Part shown: positions 51,731-64,000 of the stretch, one piece after another | Layout of the letters: the number at the start of each line of letters is the position of its first letter | How positions within the stretch are numbered: position 1 is the first letter of the stretch | Source: Adineta vaga | Taxonomy: Eukaryota > Animalia > Rotifera | DNA length: 64,000 nt | Direction: 5' to 3' | Assembly (NCBI GenBank): GCA_021613535.1 | Contig: CP075497.1 | Span: 3,224,001-3,288,000 of the forward strand | Notes under the pieces: generated by a model | The model's database searches: none | The model's input: the letters and a program-made list of their open reading frames with translations, nothing else | What the model was told of the DNA's origin: nothing | Program-made: the position numbers and the translations under genes

Positions 51731-54228
51731 ATGACCGAAGAAATTTCTGATTTAACACCAATGCTCAGTCCTGATAATGAAGATCGCGTAAATGTTTTTA
51801 TACTTAAATTTAATTTTTTTTCTCTAAGATAAATCTGTTATTTAGTATCTTCTACCAAAAGTAGCACCACAAAGAAGAAAATATAAGAATGTTATCACTA
51901 TGCTCGTTTTATTTCTTATCAATTTATTGAATTATATGGATCGATTTGCTATAGCAGGTTTTTTCTTCGAATTTACATGTGATAAATATTTTTTTGAGCG
52001 TTTTAATTTTTGTAGGTGTCCTTGAATTAGTACAAGACTATTTTCATGTTGGAGATTCAGAAGCTGGACTTCTTCAGACAGTATTTGTCTGTAGTTACAT
52101 GGCATTAGCACCTCTATTTGGTTATCTAGGGTAAGTTAAGAGAAAAGAAAAAAAACAGAGTATCTAAGAAATTTCGTTTAGAGATCGATTTAGTCGAAAA
52201 TTAATGATTATCTTAGGTGTTTCACTTTGGTCAATGACAACTGTAGCTGGATCATTTGTACCACCACATGTAAGTCTGTTTTTCTTTTCTTTGTCATTGA
52301 GTATTCCATGTTTTTCTTCTCTCTATTAGCTCTTCTGGTTATTTGTGTTACTGCGTAGTTTAGTTGGTGTTGGTGAAGCTTCGTATTCCTGTGTAGCACC
52401 AACCATTATTGCTGATATATTTGCAAGTGATATGCGAACAACAATGTTAGCTGTTTTTAATATTGCTGTTCCACTTGGCGGGTAAGATCAAAGTTGCATT
52501 TTTTTACAGAAACTAACTACAAATAATTTTATCTTTAGTGGATTGGGATATATTGTTGGTTCGTATGTTGCAAAAGCATTTAATAATGATTGGCGATGGG
52601 CTCTACGAGTAATTTAATGTTGTTTAGTTTGATTGAATTGTACAAAGTTTTGTTTTATCATATGTTAGATTACGCCTGGTCTTGGTGTTTTATGTGTTAT
52701 TTTATTAGTGCTATTGGTTGAAGAACCAGCACGTGGTAGTGCTGATGGTGCACAAATTCAAAAACGATCTAGTTGGATATTTGATGTTAAACAAGTTCTA
52801 AAAATGTTCGTTAAAACAATTCTTTTATTCGAGAAAAAGATTTTATCAACTTGTTTTTGTATTTAGTAAAAGTTTTCTTTTAACAACACTTGGATTTACA
52901 TGGGTATCCTTTGCATTAGGCTCATTGTCATGGTGGGGACCCATCTTTCTTCAAAAAGCACATCGATTAGCAACTGGAACCGAAGATAAAAAGGATAAAT
53001 CCAAGTAATATATTGATTTTTATTTAATAAATATCTACACGTTATTTTGTTCAATAGTGTTGCACTATATTTTGGTATGATTACCTGTGGTGCTGGCATA
53101 CTTGGTGTACTTCTTGGAAGTGAAATTGCTAGACGGTATAATTCTTTCGAAAAGAAAATCATTGATATACATAATGGTTCTTTTAGGTATCGAAAAATAA
53201 ATCGTCGTGGTGATCCAATTGTCTGTGGTCTTGCAGTTATTATTGCAATACCATTTTTATTTTGTGTACTATTATTTGCTAAAGATCATCAAATTCTAAC
53301 ATGGATCTTTATTTTTATTGCTGAAACATTGATGTGTAGTAATTGGGCACTTATTTCGGATATGTTAATGGTTGAGTTCAAATATTTGCTTTTTCTATTC
53401 ATTTATTTGTATTTTGATTTTCTTTTTTCAGTATATTGTGATACCAACTAGACGTGCAACGGCAAGTTCTATTCAAATTTTTATAATGCATTTATTTGTA
53501 TGTTTCTAAATATGATAGTTTTCTTTTTCAAATACAGAGAATTTTCTTTTCAGGGCGATGCATCAAGTCCATATATTGTTGGCCAAATCAGTGAGTTTTT
53601 CAAACACGGTGCAGATGATAAATTAATTGAATATATCGCATTACGAAATGCATTAATGTTAACACCTTTTGTCGCTACATTTGGTGGCGCTGCATTTCTT
53701 TGTGCCGCAATATTTATTGTTCAAGATCGTCGTCGAGCAGAACAAACAATAGAATGTATGTGTTTAATCTAACATATTCAAATTATTTACCGTCAAATTC
53801 TATATCTCATAGCAATGAAAGTATCAAATACTTATGGATTAGCAGAAAAAACATAATTTGAGTATAGAACTAAGTGCGTCTATGAATGATGCTCATTACT
53901 CGATTTCTATTTGCTCATCAGTGTATTTGCTATTGCTCATTATCCTCTGAGAAGTTCCTAAGTCCAATATAAATAGATAGATAGATTTCTTTTCAATACA
54001 TGATTATGCTATATTTCCTAATCATTTCCAGGTGTACGATATCATACAAGTTAATTAATTTGAATAAGGTATGGATTCTGCTAGGTAATAGTTCTAATCT
54101 TCTTTCACAGGAAAACTATGCTAGAAGGAATACTTCGCATTATTTGCTTATAGTTTAATTGAAATATTATACGATAACTAAATGTTTTTATTTTATTTTT
54201 AGCTGTCGTCGATGATTTACAAATTTGA
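51731..54228 (+). CDS. SPNS1: Spinster-family MFS transporter; last exon is either 53813-53856 or 54203-54228
   Basis: [16 protein letters not shown]; [28 protein letters not shown]; [19 protein letters not shown]; WRWALRITPGLG; IPTRRATA...[13 protein letters not shown]. Confidence 0.92.
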
Positions 54229-54384
54229 TTTCGTTTTTTTTTCGTTGTCCACTATGTTTATTGTAAGAGTTTTTGTAATTTAATATTTTCTACAATCAAA
54301 TATCATGATTAGTCATTATTTTTGTTATGCGTTTTTTAAAATGTGAATGATAAGATTTATTTTTCAGATAAGAAAACAGTTGTA

Positions 54385-56185
54385 ATGAGCTCATTGAAAC
54401 GATCACCATTGGCATCGATCGAAGTAAGAAAAATTATTCTATGAAGAAGAATTATGTTGATATTTTAGAATCTTGCGACACCAATATCTGCGGAAGAAAT
54501 CGAATTACGTGAATTGGTATGATTTGTATTTGATATCTAAGCTTTTGTTACAAACTCGTTATTTAATATTAGAATGAACCATTGTTACCGGCAAATGAAG
54601 AAGCATCACCACCACCACCATTACTTACTCCCCCTTCTGTGGAAGAAGTTGATGAAAGTGAGGAATCGATTAGTAGATATTTAATATTATTATAATTATG
54701 ATTGAAAATCTTTAGCAACACCGTTTTCATTGGATATTGAAGAAGGTATTGATCAATCTCATGTAGAGTTTCGTCCAGAGATCGAAGATGAAACGAATCT
54801 TCGTCGGCGTCATAGTGATCGTCGTCGTTCTTCTTCATCCATCAATAGATCAAATCGACGTCGAAATCGTGATATTCGACGAATAGCACAAGAGTTTTGG
54901 GCTGAGTAAAATCGTTGTCATTCATCTTCAATTTTTTTATTTGATTTATCTTTAGTCTATTTCCGCAAAATAATCCTCGTGCACATCGATTACCCATCTT
55001 AATTCTTGTGATATTTCTCATTGTGATAATTCTATTAATTCTATGTGTAGCACTTGGTTATACAAGTGTTGATTACGATGAAGTAATTATTATCATCAAA
55101 GTATTTGATTTCTTTTAAATATTTTAATGTTTAGTTTGGTGTGACACGTAATTTGATGACAGGCGTGATGAATTTGAAAGAACCATATTCAGCAGGAGTT
55201 TATTTGATCTTACCATGGCAAAATATGGTGATATTTGATAAAACAGCACGATATTTAAATTTTAAAGATTTAACCATATTTACTACTGATCAAGCTAGTA
55301 TTATTTTAGATGCAACAATTGTTTATCGAATTCGGTACGTATTTTAATCTTTAACTAATTTACTAAAAGATTTTGTGCTTATTTAGACCAGATCAAATTG
55401 AACCAATTTGGTTAAATTTTGCAGATAAACATGAAGAAGTTCTTCGTCTTGTTGCCAGTAATATTCTTCGTAATCATGGTAATCAGTATTCTATATACGA
55501 TTATCGTGCCCGTCGAGAACATGTTGATTGTCTATCACGTATTTTACAGCAAACATTATCAGGCGATTGTTGTCCAATATGTTGTGATAGTCAAACATGT
55601 TCAAAAACAATTGAATATTCTTGTTCAAATTTAACTCATTGTACGAATTCAACAGAAACATGTACACATGGATATTTTGTTGATATTGATGCTGTTTATA
55701 TTTTTAAAGTTGCTTTACCACAACAAATTATCAAACGACTTTATACATTAATGCTTAAACCAATCTATACGGAAATTGCTGAAAGTCAAGAAAAAGCAGC
55801 GATAGTTTTGATCGAAACTGAACGACAGCGAAATGAATTATTAAATAAAGCACGTCAAGTATTGATGAATGCATTAGCAAATAGTGAATTAATTCAAGAA
55901 AAAGCACGCATTCATTTTGAACGAAAATTATTGAAAGAAATGAGTTCTTCTGAACAGAATTTATTTAATCGATTAAATATTCAAATGATGGTTGACAAAT
56001 TATCAGCAACATTTCTACTTGAAATGAATCATTTGGTTAATTTAACACAAGTCGTTGATCATGATAGTTTATATGTTGAATATGATGATAATCTCAAGCC
56101 ACAGCAAACAAATGATTTATTTGACTTTGTACCTGCTTCTAATGTTTTTGATTTAACTGAATTTCTTTCTATACTTGAAAATTAA
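54385..56185 (+). CDS. SPFH/Band 7 domain membrane protein with a Cys-rich insert
   Basis: Low-complexity/Arg-Ser N-terminus, one TM (LPILILVIFLIVIILLILCVALG), VDYDEFGVTRNL, GVYLILPW, IFTTDQASIILDATIVYRIRP, then coiled coil (AESQEKAAIVLIETERQRN..KARQV). Confidence 0.7.
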
Positions 56186-56230
56186 TGTATTTCTGTTTTC
56201 ATTTATATAAATTTTTAATTCATTTTTTAG

Positions 56231-57649
56231 ATGTCTAGAGTGGATAAATATGAAAAAATCGAACGGATTGGTGAAGGTAAATGAATATTGACTTAATTTA
56301 CATTTGTCAGTTATTTTTCTATGTATTCTTTAGGTACGTACGGAACTGTCTATAAAGCTCGTAGCTTATTAACACAAGAAATAGTCGCTTTGAAAAAAGT
56401 TCGATTGGATGATGAAGATGATGTAAGATTATTCTTTGCCTTTTCTTGTCATTAATACATTAAGTTGGTTTTGTCTCAGGGTGTTCCAAGCTCAGCTTTA
56501 CGTGAAATTTGTCTCCTAAGGGAATTACGCCATCCCAATATAGTCAGGTATTTATCTACAAAGAGTTCGATGGATTTTCTGTCAATCTAAAATAAAAACC
56601 ATATTTCTAATTTTAGATTATTAGATGTTATTCATACAGAAAGAACTTTGAATCTTATATTTGAATATTGTGATCAAGATTTAAAGAAATATTTTGATTC
56701 CTGTAATGGAGATATTGATCCAAAAACCGTACAATCATTTTTCTGGCAATTATTACAAGGATTATCATTTTGTCATGAACATAGTGTACTTCATCGAGAT
56801 CTTAAACCACAAAATTTATTATTAACAAAGGTTTGAATGATTTCATTGTCTTGTCTTTCAATACATACATAATCTATTGTTTGATTTTTTAGAATGGAGA
56901 ATTAAAATTAGCTGATTTTGGTTTAGCAAGAGCTTATGGTATTCCAGTTAAATGTTATTCATCGGAAGTTGTCACACTTTGGTATCGACCACCGGATGTT
57001 TTATTTGGTGCAAAGATTTATACAACTTCTATTGATATCTGTAAATATTCAATATAATAATGAAATCGAAATGATTTCTTCTTGTTTATTTTCAGGGTCA
57101 GCTGGATGTATCTTTGCTGAATTGGCAAATGGTGGAAAACCATTATTTCCTGGAGAAAGTGTTGATGATCAATTGAGAAGAATATTCAAGTAATATCGAT
57201 TGGTTGAGATGAGTTCATTTAAATAAAGTAATTTTTGCTTCTAGAGTAATTGGAACACCCACGGAAGAAACTTGGCCTGGTGTTTCAACTTTACCTGAAT
57301 ATAAACCCTTTTCAATCTATCAACCAACACTATCACTGATACATTTTGTTCCGAAACTAAATAACAAAGGCAAAGATCTTCTACTAGTAAATATCTCCTT
57401 TCTTATACTGTTATGAATAATATGAACTACATGACTAATATCACAATGACAGATGTTTTCTCTTCAATTTTTATTAAATCTACTGAAAAAATTCTATTTA
57501 AAGTCACCTACATTTTCAAATATTTGTTGAATAATCGATGTTATATATTCTTTTTCTAGCGTTGCCTGATCTGTAATCCAAATCAACGAATATCAGCTGC
57601 GGATGCTCTTCAACATCCCTATTTCTCAGATATTCAATCAGTCAATTAA
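56231..57649 (+). CDS. CDK5: Cyclin-dependent kinase 5
   Basis: [24 protein letters not shown] (PSSALRE), [40 protein letters not shown]. Confidence 0.97.
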
Positions 57650-58238
57650 TGAAAACTTTTATGGTGCATTCAATTATTCTAAAGAATGACTGATCTTTCT
57701 GTTTTTCGTATACATCTTTGCTATTTGTTGTCAAACATTCATGTATGATTTGTCTAAACTAGTTCTTCGTTTTTTTGTCATTGTGCATTTCTATGTCTTT
57801 TTATTCTTCTCAAAGAAAAGAAAACAAATAAATTTAGGCAGTTGTTCGACTCGAATCTTGATGAAGAAACCATTTGTTTTTTTTGAAGATTTTATTTTTT
57901 AATAATATGAGAATGAAAACAAAATGAGAGAGAAAAAAAAGAGAGAAAAGTAACGCATCGATAGAACGTTTTGTATGTATTGATAAAGAAGACGAAAAAA
58001 AAGTTGAATAGAATCTAACTACGGAGAATAATGGCAGGCTGGAATGAAGTATACATGTAAATGTATATAAGATTTTGTAGTTGTGTTGGATGTTACAATA
58101 TGATTAAAATGCATATAATAAGAAAGCAAAAGAAAGAAGAAGAAGAAGAAGGATGTATATGTTTGTTTTTTAATCAATCAGATCTTGATTTAATAACACC
58201 TTCTATATAAACTGTTATATACAGAATATAAAATATAT

Positions 58239-59435
58239 TTAAATGTTTGATAATTTAACTTTGATTGGTAATGATTCGGTTACTTGGTATGGATGATCAT
58301 CAGGTTGAATTTTTTCTTTTTCATATCCATCATATTCATATGGATGATAGATAAGTTCTTGAGCACGAATGGATAAATTACGAGATGGTGTATGACGACA
58401 AAGTGACATAACCATATCTAAATAAATTTAAATATATTATTAAATAAAGAAAATGATTTGTACTTACACCAAAGAATAGCTGATGATGAAAGAAGAATAC
58501 CAAGAAAGATCCAAATTGGAATTCTAGGTTGTTTACGAACAAGATTATTCCATTCATCACGAACATTGCCAATGAATTGTTGAAGACGATTACTAACTGG
58601 TCGCATACGTTCACGAACATATTGTTGATGTTCACGTGGGTGTTGAATAACATGGCGAAATTCGTTAAGTAATGGTCGTTTGCTATTTGATTCTTCGCTT
58701 GATTCACTTGAAGAATCAGCACGGATATTACCGGGCATAATTGGAATAGTCTTGACTAATTTAGAAATGGCACCAAATTCTGATGGTTGAGGGAAATCCT
58801 TAGCATTCTGTTCAAATGATTTACGAATGGATTCTTCAATAACATTAGTTTTTTCTTGGAATTGTCGAATCATATCATTGAACATTTGAATTGGATCGCC
58901 ATTAAAGAGACGTGGAACGGATGGCATTTCTAATGATGGACGATTACGAAGACGAATAAGAATAATTGAACGTGGACGACCTCCTTCAGAACCGAAAGGA
59001 ATAATTTGTGAGCCTTTCACTTCCTAAAATATATTTCTAAGTTTTTCAAGAAATGATTTTATTCAATCTTACAGGAACTGGATCAATAGCAAGAATAGGT
59101 TTGTCAACATTAACTTCATTGAATGGACGACTTAATGTACAACCAACTTGACAACTTGCTTGAACTTGTTCTTCTTTTGAATATAATTTACATTGATTGG
59201 CACAATCTTCATTGAGTAACTTTAAATCACAACCTGAAATAGTCTTGGTTCATATTTGACAATGAAAACAAAATTCTAACAAACCTTTTTTACAAGCTTC
59301 CAAATGAACTGCATTAGCAGCATAGTTAGAATGACAGCTTGTATAACAAGTATTCTCTGTATTGAATAATGATTCAATTAAACCAGATGCTGGCGATGAT
59401 GCCAGTAAAATGGCAAAAACAAGAAGTTTTACCAT
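58239..59435 (-). CDS. TMEM59: TMEM59-family (BSMAP) type I membrane protein
   Basis: Signal peptide; C..SC...ACKKGC...C...C....ASCQVGC cysteine pattern; TM WIFLGILLSSSAILW; C-terminal LPIKVKLSNI (cf. LPTKVNL). Confidence 0.8.
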
Positions 59436-60343
59436 TGTGTATGCGCGTTTCTTTTTGTTTAGAAAATGAATATATCTAATTTAGACGAAAAGAGAAAATG
59501 TAAGAAATCAAATCCGACTATTAGAATTCAGAAGAAAAAAACAAATAACGAATGAAAAGAAAAAGTAGACGGAGAAATGTTGTAGTTTGTGAAGCAACTG
59601 TTTTTCCTCGTATGTTCGATGATTTTTTTTTCTTTCTTCGCCCCGTAACCCTTTTTCTTACCTTGCATTAAAAAAAATGCGAAGAAAGAAAAATATAGAA
59701 CAGGCTACATTTCAGCCGATGATGTTTAACGTGATTCGCTTGGTTGCTTTCGAGAATATGAAAGATGTAAGAGAAAAAAAAACCGATCATAGTCAGAAAG
59801 TACTATGATAAAAGTGCAAGTCATATAAGGCACGAGTGATGTCAATAATATATAAATAAACAAATAAGGAGGAACAAGAAAGAGGAAAATGGAGGATGAT
59901 ACACAGGCAATCGCCTTGACTGGGGCTACTGATGTTCTTTCTTCCTTTTTTTAATGTGAAAATTTTTCGCTGAATGACTCATTTTTCAGAGCATTGCTGC
60001 AAATTAATCATGCAAAAGAAAAATCTTTCATAGTTTGTACGACAGTCAGAAGTCAATAGTGAAAACAAAACAGCAGGCCTCTCCATATTTTATTTATTGT
60101 GCACAACAAACAGAACTATACATTTTCATCGATAGATGTCTCACACGCCGAATATTTTTTCCAAGGAACAAGGAACGATTTCCTTCTACTTGTTTTCTAT
60201 TATGATCTCTTGATTTATACTTTTCTCACTAGAAATTCAATGAGATTTTATTTAAGAATTGAACTATTTATTAAAGTAATTCGATTATTATGATCATGAT
60301 TAAACTATCAAACCTTTTCCATGAACAACAATAGTAAATAAGC

Positions 60344-61655
60344 TTATATACCACAACTATATAATTGACGAACTTCAAAAACATCTGTTGGACTAAGCAC
60401 ATTATTTGTACGAAGTATTACACCAGTTTGCCGTGGAATCATCGTTGGTTTGCCATTTTTACTGAAAGTATATGCTTCATAATGCATGATGCTGGCATAA
60501 TCATATGGTGTATTTTGATCATATACTGACGAACTCCAAGCGTATTTATCAAAACCGATATACTGTAACAAAAGAAAATAAGAAAAATACAAGATGATTT
60601 GTATAGATTTCATCCATTACTCAGAATATTCTTTTAATTATTTCTTGAAAACGATCATTTTTAATGAATGGAGCTTTCTACTGTTATCTAATCAAGTGCT
60701 ACTTACCATACTCTCTTCAATATTCTCCCAGTTAACTTGCACGTAATTATCACGATCTGGTCGACTTTGTTCATGATAAAAGCCTATTAAATGATTTTTT
60801 TAAATACTTTTTTATTCATACGAAAAGCAAGAACATACCAATCACATGCATTAACTCATGTTGAATATTTCCTGGATTAAAACATCCATTTTGTTCTAAT
60901 GTCATAACCGATTGATAGTAATTCATATATCCAACCTATTATATTCGTAATCGTTTTATTTAGTAAAATACTTTTTATATAACTAGACAATTTCACAAAA
61001 TCTACTCTTGAAAATAAAATAATGAAAAATATCGGAAGATTTCTCTTATCATTTCGAAAGAACCAAATAAATCGTTCACTTTTAACTAGCAATACTTACA
61101 TGAGCACTACATCCATTACCATATTGAATTTTTACAAAGATCTGATCATCAGATCGACGTGGTCGAAAATAAATGCAGGCATATCGACTTGTTGAACCAC
61201 TAATCGGTGTACCAACAGCATACATAAGTATTTGCATTGCTCCAGTAATTTTGTTTTGATCGTCAATGCCTATTTGACATAGAAAACTAATAATTCACAA
61301 TTGAACAGAAAACATTTACTAACTTGTAATTGCTGATATATCATAAGGGATGACATTATTAGGCCATCGGTAGTTACTACCATAAACAGCAACGCCACGA
61401 GTACCTTTCATAGAATTGTGATTATCATAGAAGAGCATATCACCTTGAAAACCACCACCAAATAATTTAGGATCTTCACCACGATAAGTTGTTCGATTTT
61501 CGCTTGCGATGATTGTTGGTTTAGATATAAGTACATTAATCTTATACATATACAAAATGTTAAACTGTTGAGAGAAAATAAATTACACTTACTGGTATAC
61601 AATCGATATTCAGAATCAAATATAATGCAAAGAGGCTAAGGGAGATGACAGTCAT
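60344..61655 (-). CDS. Astacin-family (M12A) secreted zinc metalloprotease; signal, short pro-region and catalytic domain only
   Basis: FQGDM pro-region aspartate switch; [54 protein letters not shown] Met-turn; LYSC. Confidence 0.92.
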
Positions 61656-62588
61656 TGTTGATTAACTTAGCTAGATAGAAAATAATTGCTTAGATTTGAA
61701 ATTCTCTCTTTTTTTTATAGTATTTCTTCACAAACATACACTATTATCTCAAATTACTGTTCCAGGCAGGTAGGTATAAGACTTTAATCTTTTTTAACAA
61801 TGTTTTTTTCTTTTATCGTCATTTGTCATATATACATAGTCTCTAGGTATCATTTTTCTGACAATCGTCATACAGACAAATAGATTTACTAATATACCGT
61901 TTTCCCCCTAAAGTGTGTAACTTCCGCTTTCTACACCAATATTGACGTCATCAGAAAAAGATTCAAATTTATGAATATGTTTGAAAATAACATTATTTTA
62001 CACAAGAATTAGAATTGAAAAAATTTGATCCGTAGTCTAAATTACACGATAACTCTCATGTGATACTGAATAGTAAATATTAAATAGTTTACATTGATTC
62101 TTTTGTAAGATCAATTCATTTACACATTTTAATGGACAATCTGCATATTCGAAATGATACGAAGTATTTAGTCATTTATTTGTTCACTTCCAAAATTAGA
62201 AGTTCTCTCTGAAGCTTCTGTATACGATAATAAATAATCATCATTGAAACGTTAAGATTTCTTATCGCAATATGTCAGTAAGTATTGACATCCATAAACT
62301 TTTCGAGCTTCATCTCTCCTATTCCAAGAGAAATATATCTCTTTTGAGATATCAAATGTCAATACTATGGATATAATGATAGTCCTTTAGTAAATGTCGT
62401 ATTTTTTTTCTTAGAGATGACAATAAGTTTTTACTATATACGTATCAATTGTGTCTGTCAACAGAAATTATTCTTTTTCTAATAATTAGAATAGCATTTC
62501 GTCCGAATGTTTTTCTTTCACTGGAATAAATTATGGTAGTACTTATGAGTCAGGAACAAGCATGCGTACATATACAAAAGGAAAATAT

Positions 62589-63752
62589 ATGAATAGATCA
62601 ATGGTATCAAGTATCTGGTAAGTGTTATACAACTGAATAAGTTCTGCATTTCTATGCATGTCTGTGAATAGGTTTGGTATTTTAATCTTTTTAAGTATTG
62701 TGGATAATATTACATCATCATCCGTAGTAGTAATTGGACATCGTGGTGCATCTGGTTATCTTCCAGAACATACCTTACCTTCCAAAGCTCTTGCATACGG
62801 TCAAGGTGTTCATTATCTCGAACAAGATGTTGCTCTATCGAAAGATAATATACCTATTGTTATTCATGATATTTATTTAGATGAAGTTAGTAATGTTGCT
62901 AGTGAATTTCCTGGGCGTAATCGTTCAAATGGTCGTTTTTATGTAATTGATTTTACAGTCAAAGACATAAAACGATTACGTGCGAGTGAACGTTTCAATC
63001 GTCAAACAGGCAATCCAGTATTTCCAAATCGTTTTCCTCTTCATCAATCAACATTTCATTTAGTTACTTTAGATGAAGAACTCGAATTTATTGCTGGTCT
63101 CAATAAAGCAAATCTTGATAATAAAAGACAAGTAGGTGCTTATGTTGAAATTAAAGATATACCATTTCATGCGGCGGAAAATCGTTGGAATATAAGTGAA
63201 ATTGTTCTTGATGTCTTAAAAAAATATAATTATACAGAACGTAGTGATAACATTTATTTACAATGTTTTGATACTGACGAATTAATACGAATTCGTTTCC
63301 AACTAAAATCCCATTTGAAACTTATTGCTCTTTTAACCACTAATAGATATCGAAGTGAATATAGTCAAACAGATTATACATTTTGGACAAGTCGAAATGG
63401 AATAGCAAATTTATCAATGTTTGTTGATGGAATTGGTCCCCATCATACACAATTGTATGAACAAAATAATATCTTAGAACCATCCGAATTGTATTATGAA
63501 GCACGAAAACATAATTTAACTATTCATCCATATACATTTCGCAGTGATGTTAATTTAGAACCATTTCTCACATTTGATGTTATGTTACAATTTTTTATTG
63601 ATACTTTACAAATTGATGGTTTATTTACCGATCAACCAGATAAAGTAATTGCGTATATTAAGTCGAAAGAAGAACAATCAAATCAAGGAACAATGTTTCA
63701 TAGTTTTTCTTTTGCATTTCTCATGTTTTTCATTGTTATAATCACATTGTAA
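62589..63752 (+). CDS. glpQ: GlpQ-like glycerophosphodiester phosphodiesterase of bacterial type, with signal peptide and hydrophobic C-tail; probable intron 62618-62671
   Basis: HRGASGYLPEHTLPSKALAYGQGVHYLEQD, HDIYLD, GRFYVIDFT, RFP, VEIK, LQCFD, HPYTFRSD, DGLFTDQPD; very close to E. coli GlpQ/Haemophilus protein D motifs. Start 62589 or 62601 if spliced, 62658 if not. Confidence 0.92.
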
Positions 63753-64000
63753 AAGCAAACCGTAGTGTGTTTTTTTCATCTAAAACAAAAATAAATTATA
63801 CAACAGTCTAAATAAGTAAATGATACTTTTTGAGTACATCAAAACTATGAAAAAGTTCCTGTATAACTGTAATCATAATAAACAGAAATGATTTCATTTG
63901 GTATGAATATCTTTCTCTTAAATAATAGTAATACCATAGCTTTACATAAACAAACATTGATATATTCGTCTGGAAAATGTTGACCACGAATGTACTAAGT

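Noticed and set aside
1-64000. CRISPR arrays, tRNA/rRNA genes, autonomous transposons, bacterial contamination, alternative genetic code
   Set aside because: No repeat-spacer arrays, RNA-gene signatures or transposase/RT motifs seen by eye. The bacterial-type genes carry spliceosomal introns and host composition, and the genes translate with the standard code once spliced.

Overview
AT-rich, gene-dense eukaryotic (animal) DNA with many short (~50-60 nt) GT-AG introns. Composition, intron size, a single-exon GPCR and domesticated bacterial-type genes suggest a bdelloid rotifer (inference, not verified). About 21 protein-coding genes were reconstructed by manual splicing: a FAK-like FERM gene (partial), a bacterial-type Zn alcohol dehydrogenase, a small secreted Cys-rich orphan, PLRG1, MRPL30, TMEM164, two tandem ACSF3-like genes, a class A GPCR, CAD, NDUFA2, ESF1, NCKIPSD/SPIN90-like, M6 proteolipid, VPS13D, a short neurochondrin, spinster/SPNS1, an SPFH protein, CDK5, TMEM59, an astacin and a GlpQ-like phosphodiesterase. 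A gene-poor interval at 17.1-20.3 kb holds a 650-bp foldback element, a small inverted-repeat element with a telomere-like tract, and a split local duplication. Main highlights: (1) co-directional gene clusters with 45-170 nt spacers and unpaired splice acceptors just upstream of the ATGs, i.e. candidate SL trans-spliced operons; (2) two apparent bacterial HGT genes refitted with eukaryotic targeting signals and introns; (3) a diverged ACSF3 pair, one with an altered substrate motif and one with an apparent frameshift. All family assignments are from recalled motifs; no searches were run.
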